Part shown: piece by piece, positions 12,601 to 25,190 of the stretch
How the letters are laid out: every line of letters begins with the position of its first letter
How positions within the stretch are numbered: the stretch's first letter is position 1
DNA from: Octopus sinensis
Lineage: Eukaryota
Assembly: GCF_006345805.1 (NCBI RefSeq)
Contig: NC_043002.1
Span: 30,938,001 to 31,002,000 of the forward strand
Direction: 5' to 3'
Length of the DNA: 64,000 nucleotides
Made by a program: the position numbers and the translations under genes
Notes under the pieces: generated by a model
What the model saw: the letters and a program-made list of their open reading frames with translations, nothing else
The model's database searches: none
What the model was told of the DNA's origin: nothing

Positions 12601-12998
12601 TTTGGCATTTACTTGATATCTGTTTAGCTTACATCGCTAATGTACATGTGAAAACTGTTGAATGTCGAAGGCACACAATTCGCAATATTTTTAAAGCGTT
12701 ATTTACACTACGTACCCCATTTCGCATCTCTCAAGGGTGTTATAGACAGTACTTAGGATTATCAGGTTTTAAATATTGTATATTTACTATCAAATGCGAC
12801 ATCCCAGATGAAAACTAAAGGCTTAGACCAGTTTCATAGCTTCTCCTAAATACGATCACATTTCCCCAGGAGAGGGAAACACTGCCATGGAAATGGAGTA
12901 CGTAGTGTACATAATGCTTTAACAATTATTGCGAATTGCGTGCCTTCGACATTCAACAGTGCATTAGCGATGTAAGCTAAACAGATATGAATGCCAAA
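12601..12998. mobile_element. MITE-like element with long terminal inverted repeats
   Basis: 12601-12723 and 12890-12998 are imperfect inverted repeats (TTTGGCATT..ATATCTGTTTAGCTTACATCGCTAATG..CTGTTGAATGTCGAAGGCAC..CATTTC); no TSD recognised. Confidence 0.7.
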
Positions 12999-13049
12999 AA
13001 ACACACTGTTGACACAGGTTTTTCTTTGTGATTTATAATTTCTTTATTA

Positions 13050-13560
13050 CTGTGAACCAAGGGTACCACCTTCGTTAAGTACACAGAGGTAGTATGACAA
13101 TTTTACAAACACCTTGAAAGCCATCGGTTTCAATGGATATGGTACTTGAAAGGTACATAAGTGTTCAACTCTGGTGGGAATAATGTTGATGCTAGCATGC
13201 AACAACCCTGCTTGACAACCCAAGTAATAAGAAAATGTGAGAAGCTGAAATTAATTAGTTTGACATGAGCTCTAAAGCCAGAGTGTAAGGAATCTATCGT
13301 AGGATGAACTTTAGCGGATTCGGAGTGTTCGCCAGTTAACTGGGGATAAAATTTCACCGTGACCAAGATCTGAAATGAGAACGTAGAAGGAAATAGTGAA
13401 AGTCTGTATGACATTTTGTATCGCACCCGTTTTTTTCTTAAGGCAAGAAGCAAACATAGAATTTTCTGGCAGCAAAACGTAACGATATATGACAGTGTTA
13501 ATCATTGTATTACCGTATCGACCAGATTATCGGATGTTGTCATACACCGCTGGTAGTAAT
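13050..13560 (-). mobile_element. RTE-clade reverse transcriptase fragment, decayed
   Basis: SLHSGFRAHV...FLITWVVKQGCCMLASTLF resembles RTE LH.GM.A.V...GVKQGCVLAPTLF; upstream VLLPEN and DL..VNWRTL resemble RT domains 2-3. Confidence 0.6.
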
Positions 13561-13899
13561 GTGTTTCCAGTTTTTCTTGATCACACTCTATTTTCCATTG
13601 TGAACCAATATATATTCAAATTATACCCGGACAAATTACGTTACTAAAAATAGAAGCTCTCAAGATTGAAGGAAAAAAGAAAAATCACTCATCAGGAAAA
13701 CCGTAAGGCTGAATAAAAAATGGTTACACATTTAAACACTACTATCATCTGCATTCATTGATGCAATTCAAGAACGCTTGAGTTGAAAAGCGTGTACAGG
13801 ATAGCATACAAATATACATCAACAATCAAACGGTTGCAGAACAGGACTGGGTTATTAAGAAATAAAACATAAACCAAAAATGATCTCATCGTTTATCAA

Positions 13900-14560
13900 C
13901 AAACATAGGCCCGATGACTCACCCATCGGTCTACTGACAGATAATCAGAACATTCTCCATCAGGACACGTAAGAAGTAGCAGAGGTCCTGCAGAAACAAT
14001 ATTGCTTTGTCTTTATTGATATTGAGATTGACTGGTTATTTCTAAGAAGTTATCGTTTAACATATCTCCAACACAACTTCCTTTGCCACAGATATCATGG
14101 CAGTAATTATCAAAACTGAACATTATTCTTTAACCCAGATAGATTCCTAAAAGACTGTAGACACCAATATACATCTCCTCCAATCTCCTCCGATCATCTC
14201 CTTCAGTCATCCCAGTCTTCATGTCTTACAGTTAACTATCACCTAGTCACATTATTTGAAAATTTAGGTGACATCAAGAATAACTGGAATCATGGAGAGT
14301 AACTATCGCCTAAATACCAACTTACATGTTTTCTTTGTGGCAGAGATTATTCAACTTTGGTCAAACTCTTTGAATATCTGATGATATCCTAAAATATTTG
14401 GGAGAAAGATCCAAATATTGATGTTATATATCCCAACTTTAGCTAGGCTTTCAGCAGAGTCGATCACCTCTTCCTACATTTGGTACAGTCCATCATCTCT
14501 TCCTACATTTGGCAAAGTCATCTGTGGAAATCTGCTGCACTGAGTCAAGTACCTAAAGGT
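13900..14560 (+). mobile_element. CR1/L2-like reverse transcriptase fragment, decayed
   Basis: With frameshifts: GRDYSTLVKLFEY-DDILKYLGE-NIDVIYPNFS*AFSRVDH and SQVPKG, resembling GRSC.TQLL...VDVIYLDF.KAFDKVDH and SGVPQG. Confidence 0.6.
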
Positions 14561-14717
14561 GAGTACAATCCAGCATGTTGTGATCGATGGGATTTATTGA
14601 AGCCTAGTAAATGTCCCCAATGTTATACCACAAGGGACTCTATTGGGACTGTTTCTCTTCAAGGTATGTATAAACAATATCTACTTTTATGAAGTTCAAG
14701 AAAATAAAAAGATTCAT

Positions 14718-15421
14718 CGGAATTGAACTCAGAACATAAAGACAGACAATATACCGGTAAGCATTTCGCTCGGCGTGCTAACGTTTCTTATTTATTTGTT
14801 GCCCACAAAGGGCTAAATATGGAGGCGACAAACAAGGACAGACAAAGGGATTAAGTCGATTACATCGACTTCAGTGCGTAACTGGTACTTAATTTATCGA
14901 CTTCGATAGGATGAAAGGCAAAGTCGGCCTTGGCGGAATTTAAACTCAGAACGTAGGGACAAACGAAATACTGCTAAGCATTTCAACCGGCGTGCTAACG
15001 TTTCTTATTTCTTTACTGCCCACAAGGGGCTACACACAGAGGGGATAAACAAGGACAGACAAAGGGACTAAATCGACTATATCGACCCCAGTACGTAACG
15101 GGTATTTATTTAATCGACCCCGAAAGGATGAAAGGCAAAGTCGACCTCGGCGGAATTTGAACTCAGAACGTAGCGGCAGACGAAATACCTATTTGTTTAC
15201 TGCCCACAAGGGGCTAAACACAAAGAGGACAAACAAGGACAGACAAACGGATTAATTCAATTATATCGACCACAGTGCATAACTGGTACTTATTTAATCG
15301 ACTCCGAAAGGATGAAAAGCAAAGTCGACCTTGGCGGAATTTGAACTCAGAACGTAACGGCAGACGAAATAGCACTAAGCATTTCGCCAGGCGTGCTAAC
15401 GTTTCTGCCAGTTCGCCACCT
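14718..15421 (-). mobile_element. SINE family A, four-unit head-to-tail array
   Basis: One full head followed by three head-truncated units. Confidence 0.85.
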
Positions 15422-16620
15422 TTGAAGCTGTTTGAATGTGGCTACATGCTTAACTACGTCGCTTTATGACTGACTTCAAATCGTGTCAGGGGAGCTCTTG
15501 TCTTTTATACTGAAGTGATCGATAAAGTAATATAGAGTTTCATTCAATCAATTACACCCCTCTTTTAAATGGAATGTCCTTGTGCTAAATAAGAAAATAA
15601 TTCCAGTTTAAAATTTGATTCAGAAGCCTACATTTTGTGTGATAGATGTTAATGAAAGATCTATACCAAAAGTAAACTGTCAACACAGAGAAAATTATCC
15701 TTCAGTGAGAAACAGAACTGGGTTACTGTGCGGCTTACTGACAATTCGACTTCTTAATTCTTCACGAATCATGTAAAATCCATAGAGCTAACAGTCCATC
15801 CATACAGAACAAAACAACAACAATTACAACAACAACAAGGAGATGTGGCAAATTGTGGTGACATGTGTCCATTAACGACAGAGGATTAACATAATCCATT
15901 AAAAGCTTTGTTCGGAAATCTAGTGAAAGTGATATGCGAAATTTGGAACGTCTTTGACAGCAAAATTCGTTTCTGAACTAAAACATGTGTTGGAACAATT
16001 AAATGGTATCCTATAGGTATTTTATCCAGATGTTGTTGTTGTGACAAATAACGAAATAAGCTTCCTCTCGATAACTCTTATTGATATTTGGTCTTTGTGT
16101 GTGAGACTAGATTAATGGTGATGATAATGTTAGAAGAGGTGATGGGGATGATGAAGACAACAGTGACAATGAAAGAGACGGAGGTGGTGGTGGTGGTAGT
16201 GGTGATGACGACGATGATGATGTTGGTGGTGGTGGTGGTTGTGATGATAATGATGATGATGAGGATGAGGATGAGAATGAGGATGATGGAGGTGGTGGTG
16301 ATGGGGACGACGACGGAGACGGCGATGATAACACTTGACGACTTAAATCGATTACGATATCTCTCCCATTCTGCTTTTTTTTTCTTCATGCACATTCGTG
16401 TTGTTCTTGTCGCTTGTAAATTTTGCCTTATTCAGCAACCGCTGCATATTTCGCTATGCACTTCCTCCCATTCATCCTCCTCCCTCCCTGCCTGCGCATC
16501 ATCATCATCATAATCATCATTTGCAGTAGTAGCATCAGAAGCGGTAGTAGTCGTAGTAGTAGTAGTAGTAGTAGTAGTGTAGTAGTAGTAGTAGTAGTAG
16601 TAGCAGCAGTAGTAGCAGTA

Positions 16621-16667
<47 letters not shown>

Positions 16668-17177
16668 GTTAGTGGTGTTGGTGGTAGTAGTAGTTGGAGG
16701 AGGAGGAGGAGGAGGAGGAGAGGAGTATTCGTAGTGAGCAGTATAGTTATAATAGTTGAGTTAAATATATAAACACCGTGTTAGTAATGTCTTTAAAATA
16801 AATTTATCAATTTGATGAAACCCAATGATGTTCATTTGATTTTCAAAATAAAACCGAGTACTAAATGGCACGGTAGACATATACAAGATTATCGATAACT
16901 ATGAAAACAACAATAAATATTATTATGAAATAGAGACATCCTTGGCTACTGCATCTTAGCAAAGTGGCAAGATTGTTAATAAGAGGGTGATCGGTGGCAG
17001 AACCGACGGAATCAAAATAATTTGCTGCATCTGGTTACCTCACTTGACATTCACATTCCAACTTACACTGGAGTCGACTTTTCCTTTCATATTTCGTTGA
17101 TTGTTGTTTGGCACCCAGTTTCGCCCTGATTGAAATGAATCCTAATCAAAAGAATATAATTCTTGACTATCAGACAA

Positions 17178-17236
<59 letters not shown>

Positions 17237-17240
<4 letters not shown>

Positions 17241-17444
17241 TCCAGGGATCGAGTTCGCTTCAAGAAATCCGTAGTAAATATAAAAACAAATTTCAGGGAC
17301 AACCGTGGTTTATTAAGACGGAAGGTTGTGAAAAATTTTTCATATCAATGTACGGTAAACTGAAAAATGTTCCTTTTTTATTTCAGTGTAGGTTAGCCAC
17401 AGTCGCCTACCTTGGAATATATATATATATATAATATATATATA

Positions 17445-17482
<38 letters not shown>

Positions 17483-17659
17483 TCCAGGGATCGAGTTCGC
17501 TTCAAGAAATCCGTAGTAAATATAAAAACAAATTTCAGGGACAACCGTGGTTTATTAAGACGGAAGGTTGTGAAAAATTTTTCATATCAATGTACGGTAA
17601 ACTGAAAAATGTTCCTTTTTTATTTCAGTGTAGGTTAGCCACAGTCGCCTACCTTGGAA
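17237..17659. repeat. exact 181-bp tandem duplication separated by (TA)n
   Basis: 17237-17417 and 17479-17659 read identically. Confidence 0.9.
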
Positions 17660-17681
17660 TATATATATATATATACATATA

Positions 17682-18242
17682 TTGGGCTGTTCGGAAAGTG
17701 CGAGCCGATTTATAGTAGCGTAATTTTCGACTTATTTTAGAACATGGTTGAATCCATAAAATAGTATTTGATTACACTTCCATTTAGAGCACAGTTTAAG
17801 CTATCTTTTCGTGGAAGAAGGTTTATGTTCCTATAACCTGTGTTAATTCTGTAACTCTTTAAAATGGAAGATAAGAAAGTTCATTTTCAGCATTTGATGC
17901 TTTGGGAACCAGACAAAAATTGCTGCAGCTCGGCTGGCATGTGTTACCCCACCCTCCATATTCACCAGATATTGCTCCTTCGGATGTCCACTTATTCAGG
18001 TCTCTGCAGAATAGTCTTAATGGTAAAAATTTCAATTCCATGTATGACGTAAAAAGATACCTTGATGAATTCTTTGCCATGAAACCACCTCAATTCTGGA
18101 AAGAGGGTATTTTAAAGTTAAAGGAAAGATGGAGACGTATTGTGCAACAAAATGTTTCATATTTGGTTGATTAAAAATATAATGGTATTTATTGACCTTT
18201 TCCTTTCCTTTGAAAATCGGCACGAACTTTCCGGACAACTCA

Positions 18243-18243
<1 letters not shown>
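17682..18243 (+). mobile_element. internally deleted mariner (non-autonomous)
   Basis: TA on both sides; 30-bp TIRs with 25/30 matches; N-terminal MEDKKVHFQHLMLW joined near 17908 to C-terminal TRQKLLQLGWHVLPHPPYSPDIAPSDVHLFRSLQN...WRRIV. Confidence 0.9.
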
Positions 18244-18285
<42 letters not shown>

Positions 18286-18929
18286 TATATGTTATATATT
18301 GTATGTATTTGCATTGCTTATCAAGAACTATATTGTTCGATGCACCCGGTTGTAGTTTGAGGGTGATGTGTTATTTCCGACTGAGCAATCCCATACTGGT
18401 ACATTTGGGGCTGAATGAAATGTCTATCAGTCATTTACTGAGACCGATTAACCGTTTGAATCACCCTCCACCCTTGTAGACATTTTGGTGATTCTGTATT
18501 CATACTTAACAAATCTCTAGTGATGATAAATTGTTATTTGCATGATGGACAGCAAGAATCGAAACAATGACCTGCATATTTATTCCCAATGCGTGTTGGC
18601 TGCGCGTTCGTAAGATAACGATTTTTTTTCTTTTTGAGTCGAAGTTTCAAGTTTCAGGACAAGAGTTTGTACTTTGCAGTCGTAGTTAATTTTAACGAAC
18701 GTTTATAAAAACTTGATTCAATCTAACGCGACATTCTTTATGGCAATATGGTGGTAACGATCCTATCTTTTTTAATACTATCCTGGGAACGTAGACACAT
18801 TTCCGAAATCGAATCAAATAATCCAAAACATTTGTGTTATTTCATGAGGGAGATAAATACTAGCAGCAGTAGATTTCGATAATTTTGTGCATGCCAGAAA
18901 TTAGTAGTAGTAGTAGTAGTAGTAGTAGT

Positions 18930-19260
18930 CCATCCTTTATTGACTACAAAGTGCGAACGCAAATATATACAGGACAACAGAAAACAAGGGACAAATGGAT
19001 TTTAAAACAGAAAACAGGCAAACAATAAAAAACGAAAACAGCAACAAAAAAAAACTAACAAAAAAATTCTCCAATAGTGGGGAGTTCCAACCAGCTCAAC
19101 CAACACATCCTGGTCACTCCGACCGCAGGACGGCAACTCCTTTTCCCCTCAGCAGCCCCGGCTTACAGACGATTAAGAGTAGGCACATTCTTACAAGCCA
19201 TTTTCGCAACATTCACCCAAAGTTCAATAAAATTTTACTGAGACACAAACACACCAACAT
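18930..19260 (-). mobile_element. Tx1/L1-like LINE extreme 3' end abutting (CTA)n
   Basis: FIELWVNVAKMACKNVPTLNRL* (stop at 19163-19165), homologous to the 20507 element; 3' UTR ends AATAAAGGATGG then (CTA)n. Confidence 0.55.
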
Positions 19261-19275
19261 AGTATACATACTCAT

Positions 19276-19321
<46 letters not shown>

Positions 19322-20314
19322 AAATTTATACAACAAGAATGGAATAAACAGGCCTTAATTTCAAATTACATTCGTTTCAGTGCAGTGGCAATCGCTGTAA
19401 GAATTTTCAGTCTCATACCATTACATTAGCTGTTTTATAAATAATTACATAAAGACATATGTTACAGAGGCAGCTGTGTGACGGCATTTCATCTAGTAGA
19501 TTGCTTTTAAAGAATTGCATGTGGTAGCCGATAACAGTACAGGAGCTTTTAAATGAACGTGAAGAGACGATTATCCAAATAATTTTGAATACATTCATAC
19601 CTATATATATATACATGCATGCATACATACATGTATACACACATACGTACATACAGATATATATATATATAAATATATGTATGTATGTGTGGATATATAG
19701 ATATATATTAAGGCAGCAGATTTACACTGTGTAGAAAGGCACCGAAAAACAAAAAATAGTAGGTATGGTAATCCCGGTCCGACAGCTGTTTCTGGGTGCT
19801 CAGAATTACGTAATGATATTGTGAGATAGAATGTGAAAAAGGTCCAGAACATGCAAATATGGATACATATAAACATTAGATAAATCCGGCATCCATCTCT
19901 ATTCACCTCTCCCCCCCACACACATACACACACGCACACATGAATGAGACCCTTAATTTCTGTCAATTGAATAAACATCCTCTATACATACTGTAAGGTA
20001 ATTGTTGATAAATCTTTTTTAAAAATAGGTATGTTTTATGATTGCTTGTCATGAAATTGCCAATGTTTCGTGTTGTTATTCTATCTCTTTCTATTTTAGA
20101 TATTGGCTAAATTACTTTTTCCAATGTGGAGTTAGGCGGACTGCTTTGATAAACAGCAGTGACCACATTGCATTACCTCAACAGATGGAATCAACTTGGT
20201 CAGGGTGCCCATCAAAGAGAGGGGTGGACAACACTGGGCTTAATGTGATAGAGACAAACTATATGACAGGACGGCGTCACTACGACTGCATGAGAAGTTA
20301 AGGGTCATGTACAC

Positions 20315-20407
<93 letters not shown>

Positions 20408-20408
20408 A

Positions 20409-20451
<43 letters not shown>

Positions 20452-20452
20452 A

Positions 20453-20500
<48 letters not shown>

Positions 20501-20508
20501 ATATCTAT
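20315..20508. repeat. (TATC)n microsatellite
   Basis: Directly visible. Confidence 0.95.
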
Positions 20509-20995
20509 GTGGACGCGTCTGAAAGGATTGGAGACAAACACTTTCCTCTCTGGTCAATCTCTCATCAACTTCTTCAAGTACCACTTGAAAAGGAAAGTGA
20601 GAGTAGAGAGGCAAGTTTTGTCTAGCGAATGTTTTAAAAAAAGATGGGTGAATGTAGCAAGAATGGCACGTATGAATGACGAAGCCACCTTGAGCATAGT
20701 CCTATGAACCCAGAAATCGAAAACAGAGAGTTGCTTATTTGCAAAAAAAAAAAAAAAAAAAGAAATATAAAGTGACTTCATTGACCGAGGTTACCGTGGT
20801 CTTTTCCGCAGGCTTTTCTTTCCACGGGTAAACCTCACTGTCCTCCCCTTTACACTTCATATTGACATTTCTGTGATAACGATCCTATTGATCTTTTTTT
20901 TTTCCTCCCCCCCCTTTTTTTTTTTTTTTTTTAACCCCCCTTATTTTTGTCCTCTTTCTCTCCTTTTACGATCCCTTTTGATCGAACCTCCCCCT

Positions 20996-21029
<34 letters not shown>

Positions 21030-21100
21030 CCTTCAAAAGAAAAGCTCTACCTTGTAATTTGTTCTATCTGTGTGCAGCCCTGTGTGGCTAATAAAGAAAC
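20507..21100 (+). mobile_element. Tx1/L1-like LINE 3' fragment flanked by TATC repeats
   Basis: [53 protein letters not shown] resembles Tx1-type ORF2 C-termini (from recall); pyrimidine-rich 3' UTR, AATAAA at 21090, TATC-type sequence on both sides. Confidence 0.6.
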
Positions 21101-21307
21101 ATATCTATATATCTATCGTCTCTCTATGCCTGGCTCTCCATCTGTCTGTTTCTATATCTCTGTCATTCACTCTCTCTTTCTGTCTCCCTCTCTGTCTCTC
21201 TCGATAACCTTTGAGAATATTGTAACATACACACATATAACATATTGTAACATACACACATACACACACACACACACAAACATATGTATACATGCCTGAC
21301 ATGAAAT

Positions 21308-21460
21308 TGCTAATGTGGAAGTAGCTTGTTTACCAACCACATGGTTCCGAGGTCAGTCCCAATGCGTGGCACCTTGGGCATGTGTCTTCTACTATAGTCT
21401 CGGGCCGACCAAAGTGAATTTGGTAGACGGAAAGTGAAAGAAAACCGTCGTATATATGTA

Positions 21461-21542
<82 letters not shown>

Positions 21543-21750
21543 TTGTGTGTCTGTGTTTGTTCTCCCAACATCGCTTGACAACCGATGCTGGTGTGTTTAC
21601 ATTCCCGTAACTTAGCGGTTCGCAAAAAGAGACCAATCGAATAAGTACCAGGCTCGCAAAGACTAAGTCCTTGAGTCTATAGTCTCGATTAAAGGCAGTG
21701 CTCCAGCATGGCCGCAGTCAAATGACTGAAACAAGTAAAAGAGGAAAAGA
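21308..21750 (+). mobile_element. SINE family B
   Basis: Collinear with 59437-59850. Confidence 0.85.
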
Positions 21751-22249
21751 TAGAGTATGCTCTCAATATATCAACCTGTTATTTTATGTATTTGTCTATC
21801 TGTGTGTTTGTCTGTGTAGGTATCTCTCTCCTACTCACTTTTTCTTTTCTCTCTCTCTCTCTCTCTTTCCTTCCTTTATTCTTCATCCTTTCTTTCTCTC
21901 TCCACCCTTATTCGCTACTAGCTTTACATCTGAAACATATCTGAAGAAATAAATTTCGTCCACTCCAGCATGAATTATATTTCTTGTCATCCATCTCATT
22001 AGACCACCCACCCACGCAAACCGGTAGGACCTCACGCATGATTCAAGGTCAACAGCACAGATGACCTTTCCCCGTGGAACTTTTCAATATAGAAACCCGT
22101 CTATTTCCGTAAATGCAACGGAATCTATCACATTGGATTTATTTACATTTCTACGTAAATAACTCTGTAGTGTTGTTTGGTAGATTTATTTAACTGTCCC
22201 TCCACTACCTCTTGTACCTCTCTCTTTGTATGGAAGTACGCATGTATAC

Positions 22250-22262
22250 ATATACATATGTA

Positions 22263-22333
<71 letters not shown>

Positions 22334-22523
22334 ACACACATATATGTATCTTTGTAAATATATGTAGTTTTGTATATATGTATATACACACTCACACACA
22401 CCACATATATATATATATATACACACACATATAAACATGTACGCATATTGATAGATAAAAGGAAACAGAGAACAAAAATTATATACAAAACATGCACGCA
22501 TACGCACTTTTATATATATATAG

Positions 22524-22596
<73 letters not shown>

Positions 22597-22801
22597 GTGT
22601 GTGTGTGTGTGTTTATTTGTGTACGTATGTGTATGTGTGTTTGTGTGTGTAATATTATATATCTATATATTCATATATATGTATAGGCATAAATATATAT
22701 ATATATATCTGTGTGTGCATATGTACATATACACATATAAACATAAAATGCACCCTTTTTCTCTCTCTCTCCATTTCTCTCCCTCTCTTTCTCTGTAACT
22801 A

Positions 22802-22838
<37 letters not shown>

Positions 22839-22849
22839 ATCTATCTATC

Positions 22850-22920
<71 letters not shown>

Positions 22921-22927
22921 ATATCTT

Positions 22928-22980
<53 letters not shown>

Positions 22981-23040
22981 TTATTTATCTATCTATCTAT
23001 CTATATATCTATCTATCTATCTATCTATCTGTGTATTTAT
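22250..23040. repeat. compound (TA)n/(CA)n/(TATC)n microsatellite block
   Basis: Directly visible. Confidence 0.9.
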
Positions 23041-23556
23041 ATACCAAGACACTATTCTTACTCATATTTATATCCCCATTTCTCTCCCTCTATCTCTGCA
23101 TCTCTCTCTCCCTCCCTTCGTATGTGTTCCTATAATCTCTTTACTCTCCAAATCACTCATTTATTTGCAATCCCTCTTTTCTTTCTGCCCCCTTTAATCT
23201 ATAGCCTTTTCCATTTCTATTTCATCGCATTTCTGTCTCTGACCGTCTTACCCCTTTCTCTCTCTTTCTCTTTGTCACTCTTTCACGCACACATATCCCC
23301 TTTTTCTTTTCTTTTTTCGTTTTTCTTTATTTGTTTTCATCACTTTCTTCTGCACACATTTTACTATTGTCACCTTTGATTTAACACAAATCATCGCCAT
23401 CATCATCAAACCACCATCACCACCACGATCACAACAACACCAACAACCACTACCACCGCCGCTGCCGACAGCGCAGCTATCTCCACCGCCATCTCCACCG
23501 CCATCACCACCACCACTGTTATCACTGCCACCACTACATCTTCACATATATATATG

Positions 23557-24060
23557 CTTTCTTTTATTCTTTTAATGGTCTTATTCGTAAGACCGTAGCT
23601 ATGCTGGAGAGCAGCCTTAATATATTTTCTTTCAGTTTTGCTGTGTCGTTCTGTCCGGATGTTGGTCTATGATTGTGTTTCTAGTAGTAGATCTTCCATG
23701 AGTATATCCTTGAATCGTTAGCTGCTCCGGTATCGTCGTTGGGAGTTCATCCAAAGATTTCCCCCCTTTTGTGTTTCAGTAGAAGTTCTTTTTATATTTC
23801 CGATTATTTAAGGTAGGCGATTAAACAATTGGCGACCAAATAAATATCAAACTAGTGCAATGATATGAATTCAATATGTGCAACCCTTAATCCAGATATG
23901 TTTGTTTTCTCCTCATTTTTTCTACTCTTCATCTGTTCTCTCTCCTCATTCTTTTCTGTAGAATTACAAGAGCATAGGATGGAGATGTCAAAGAGTTCTT
24001 CCATTTTTCCTGAGCATCAAATCTTGTACAATGTTATCAAGAACTCAGATGAGTAATGCT
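23557..24060 (-). mobile_element. CR1/L2-like LINE 3' end, decayed
   Basis: FGRQLFNRLP and LDELPTTIPEQLTIQGY, homologous to the 38475 fragment; tail GGCTGCTCTCCAGCATAGCTACGGTC..TAAAAGAATAAAAG. Confidence 0.55.
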
Positions 24061-24349
24061 CAAATTCCATATTACTTTACAAGAACATAACTTGAATATA
24101 AAGAGATACAAAGAATTTCATACAGGATCTTCTGATAGGGGGAAGAGGTTGACAAAATCTATTACACGAACATGCGCAAAAAAAAAATACAAATAACCCC
24201 AGATCCGATTAGCAACCGTAGAGTCTACATCTTCTAAATTTTAATGAGAAAGATGGGTAAAAAAAAGTCTTTATCAAAGTGCCCCACGGCACGAGTGAAC
24301 TTAGAAGAGTATAATTGTATCCCCCCACTCAAACGCTTGGCTATTTATG

Positions 24350-25190
24350 TATGTAGTTTATCAGACAAAGAGTGTTGCTGAAGGAGCTGCCTTCCAAGTC
24401 TTATGATGTCATCAGCCTCATGTATGCAAACTTAGTCAAGGGGTGCATTTCTTGGATGTATTTTAGTTTGGTGGTTAAAAGATGTTTCCTAAGGGATATG
24501 ATGCAACAATCAAAGGCGTTTTGGACCGATGTTATTCCTCTACTACCTTGTTTTCGATTTACGCGGAAATTATGTGTGCTTATTAGTATTTTTCGAGTTT
24601 TCATATCAATGGCTCGGATCTCATAAAGCAGCCCAAATGTTGGTATGAGTGCTGGCTCTGCAAACACATTGTGGGCCAGTTTTATTGAATGCAGAGTGTT
24701 CTACGGTCCATATTTTCTTTATTCGGTTGTAATATTCTTTAGTGACACGTGTTTTGTTGCAGGTGCCATTGTAAGATATATTTTCATCCACCCCTAGATA
24801 CCTGTAACATTCCTTTTCAGATACAAGGGAAACTGTCAAATCGATGGAGACTTTACTGGTCTGGTTTATAGTTTTTCCCTTTTTACCACCATATAACAAC
24901 ATTAATCCTGACCAAGCTGCAACCCGACAACCTTTGAGAATATTGTAACTAGGTCAAGGCTCTTTTTCATCTCATGCATATTCTTTACATGAAGTTTTAA
25001 GTCATCTACAAAGAAACACTGTGTAATTTTGGTATTTCTTTCTCCTTGTGAACCAGTGAGATATCCTTCAGACTTCCTTAGCATGAATGACAAGGGGTTT
25101 ACAGAAAGTATAAACATCACAGAGAGATTGTTCCTTGAAATATGCCTTTGCGATACTGTAATCTATCGGTGATAATACAATCGTTCTTTG
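24350..25190 (-). mobile_element. R4/Dong-clade LINE RT fragment, older subfamily
   Basis: LSVNPLSF..CFFVDDLKL..GLQLGQD, YRYLGVDE, EIRAIDMKTRKIL, GSRGITSV; collinear with the 43831 element; stops and frameshifts present. Confidence 0.75.

Noticed and set aside
20130-20300. Possible RTE 3' end before the TATC tract
   Set aside because: Similarity is too weak to support.
22045-22068. AAGGTCA-N10-TGACCTT nuclear-receptor-like inverted repeat
   Set aside because: Single occurrence with atypical spacing.
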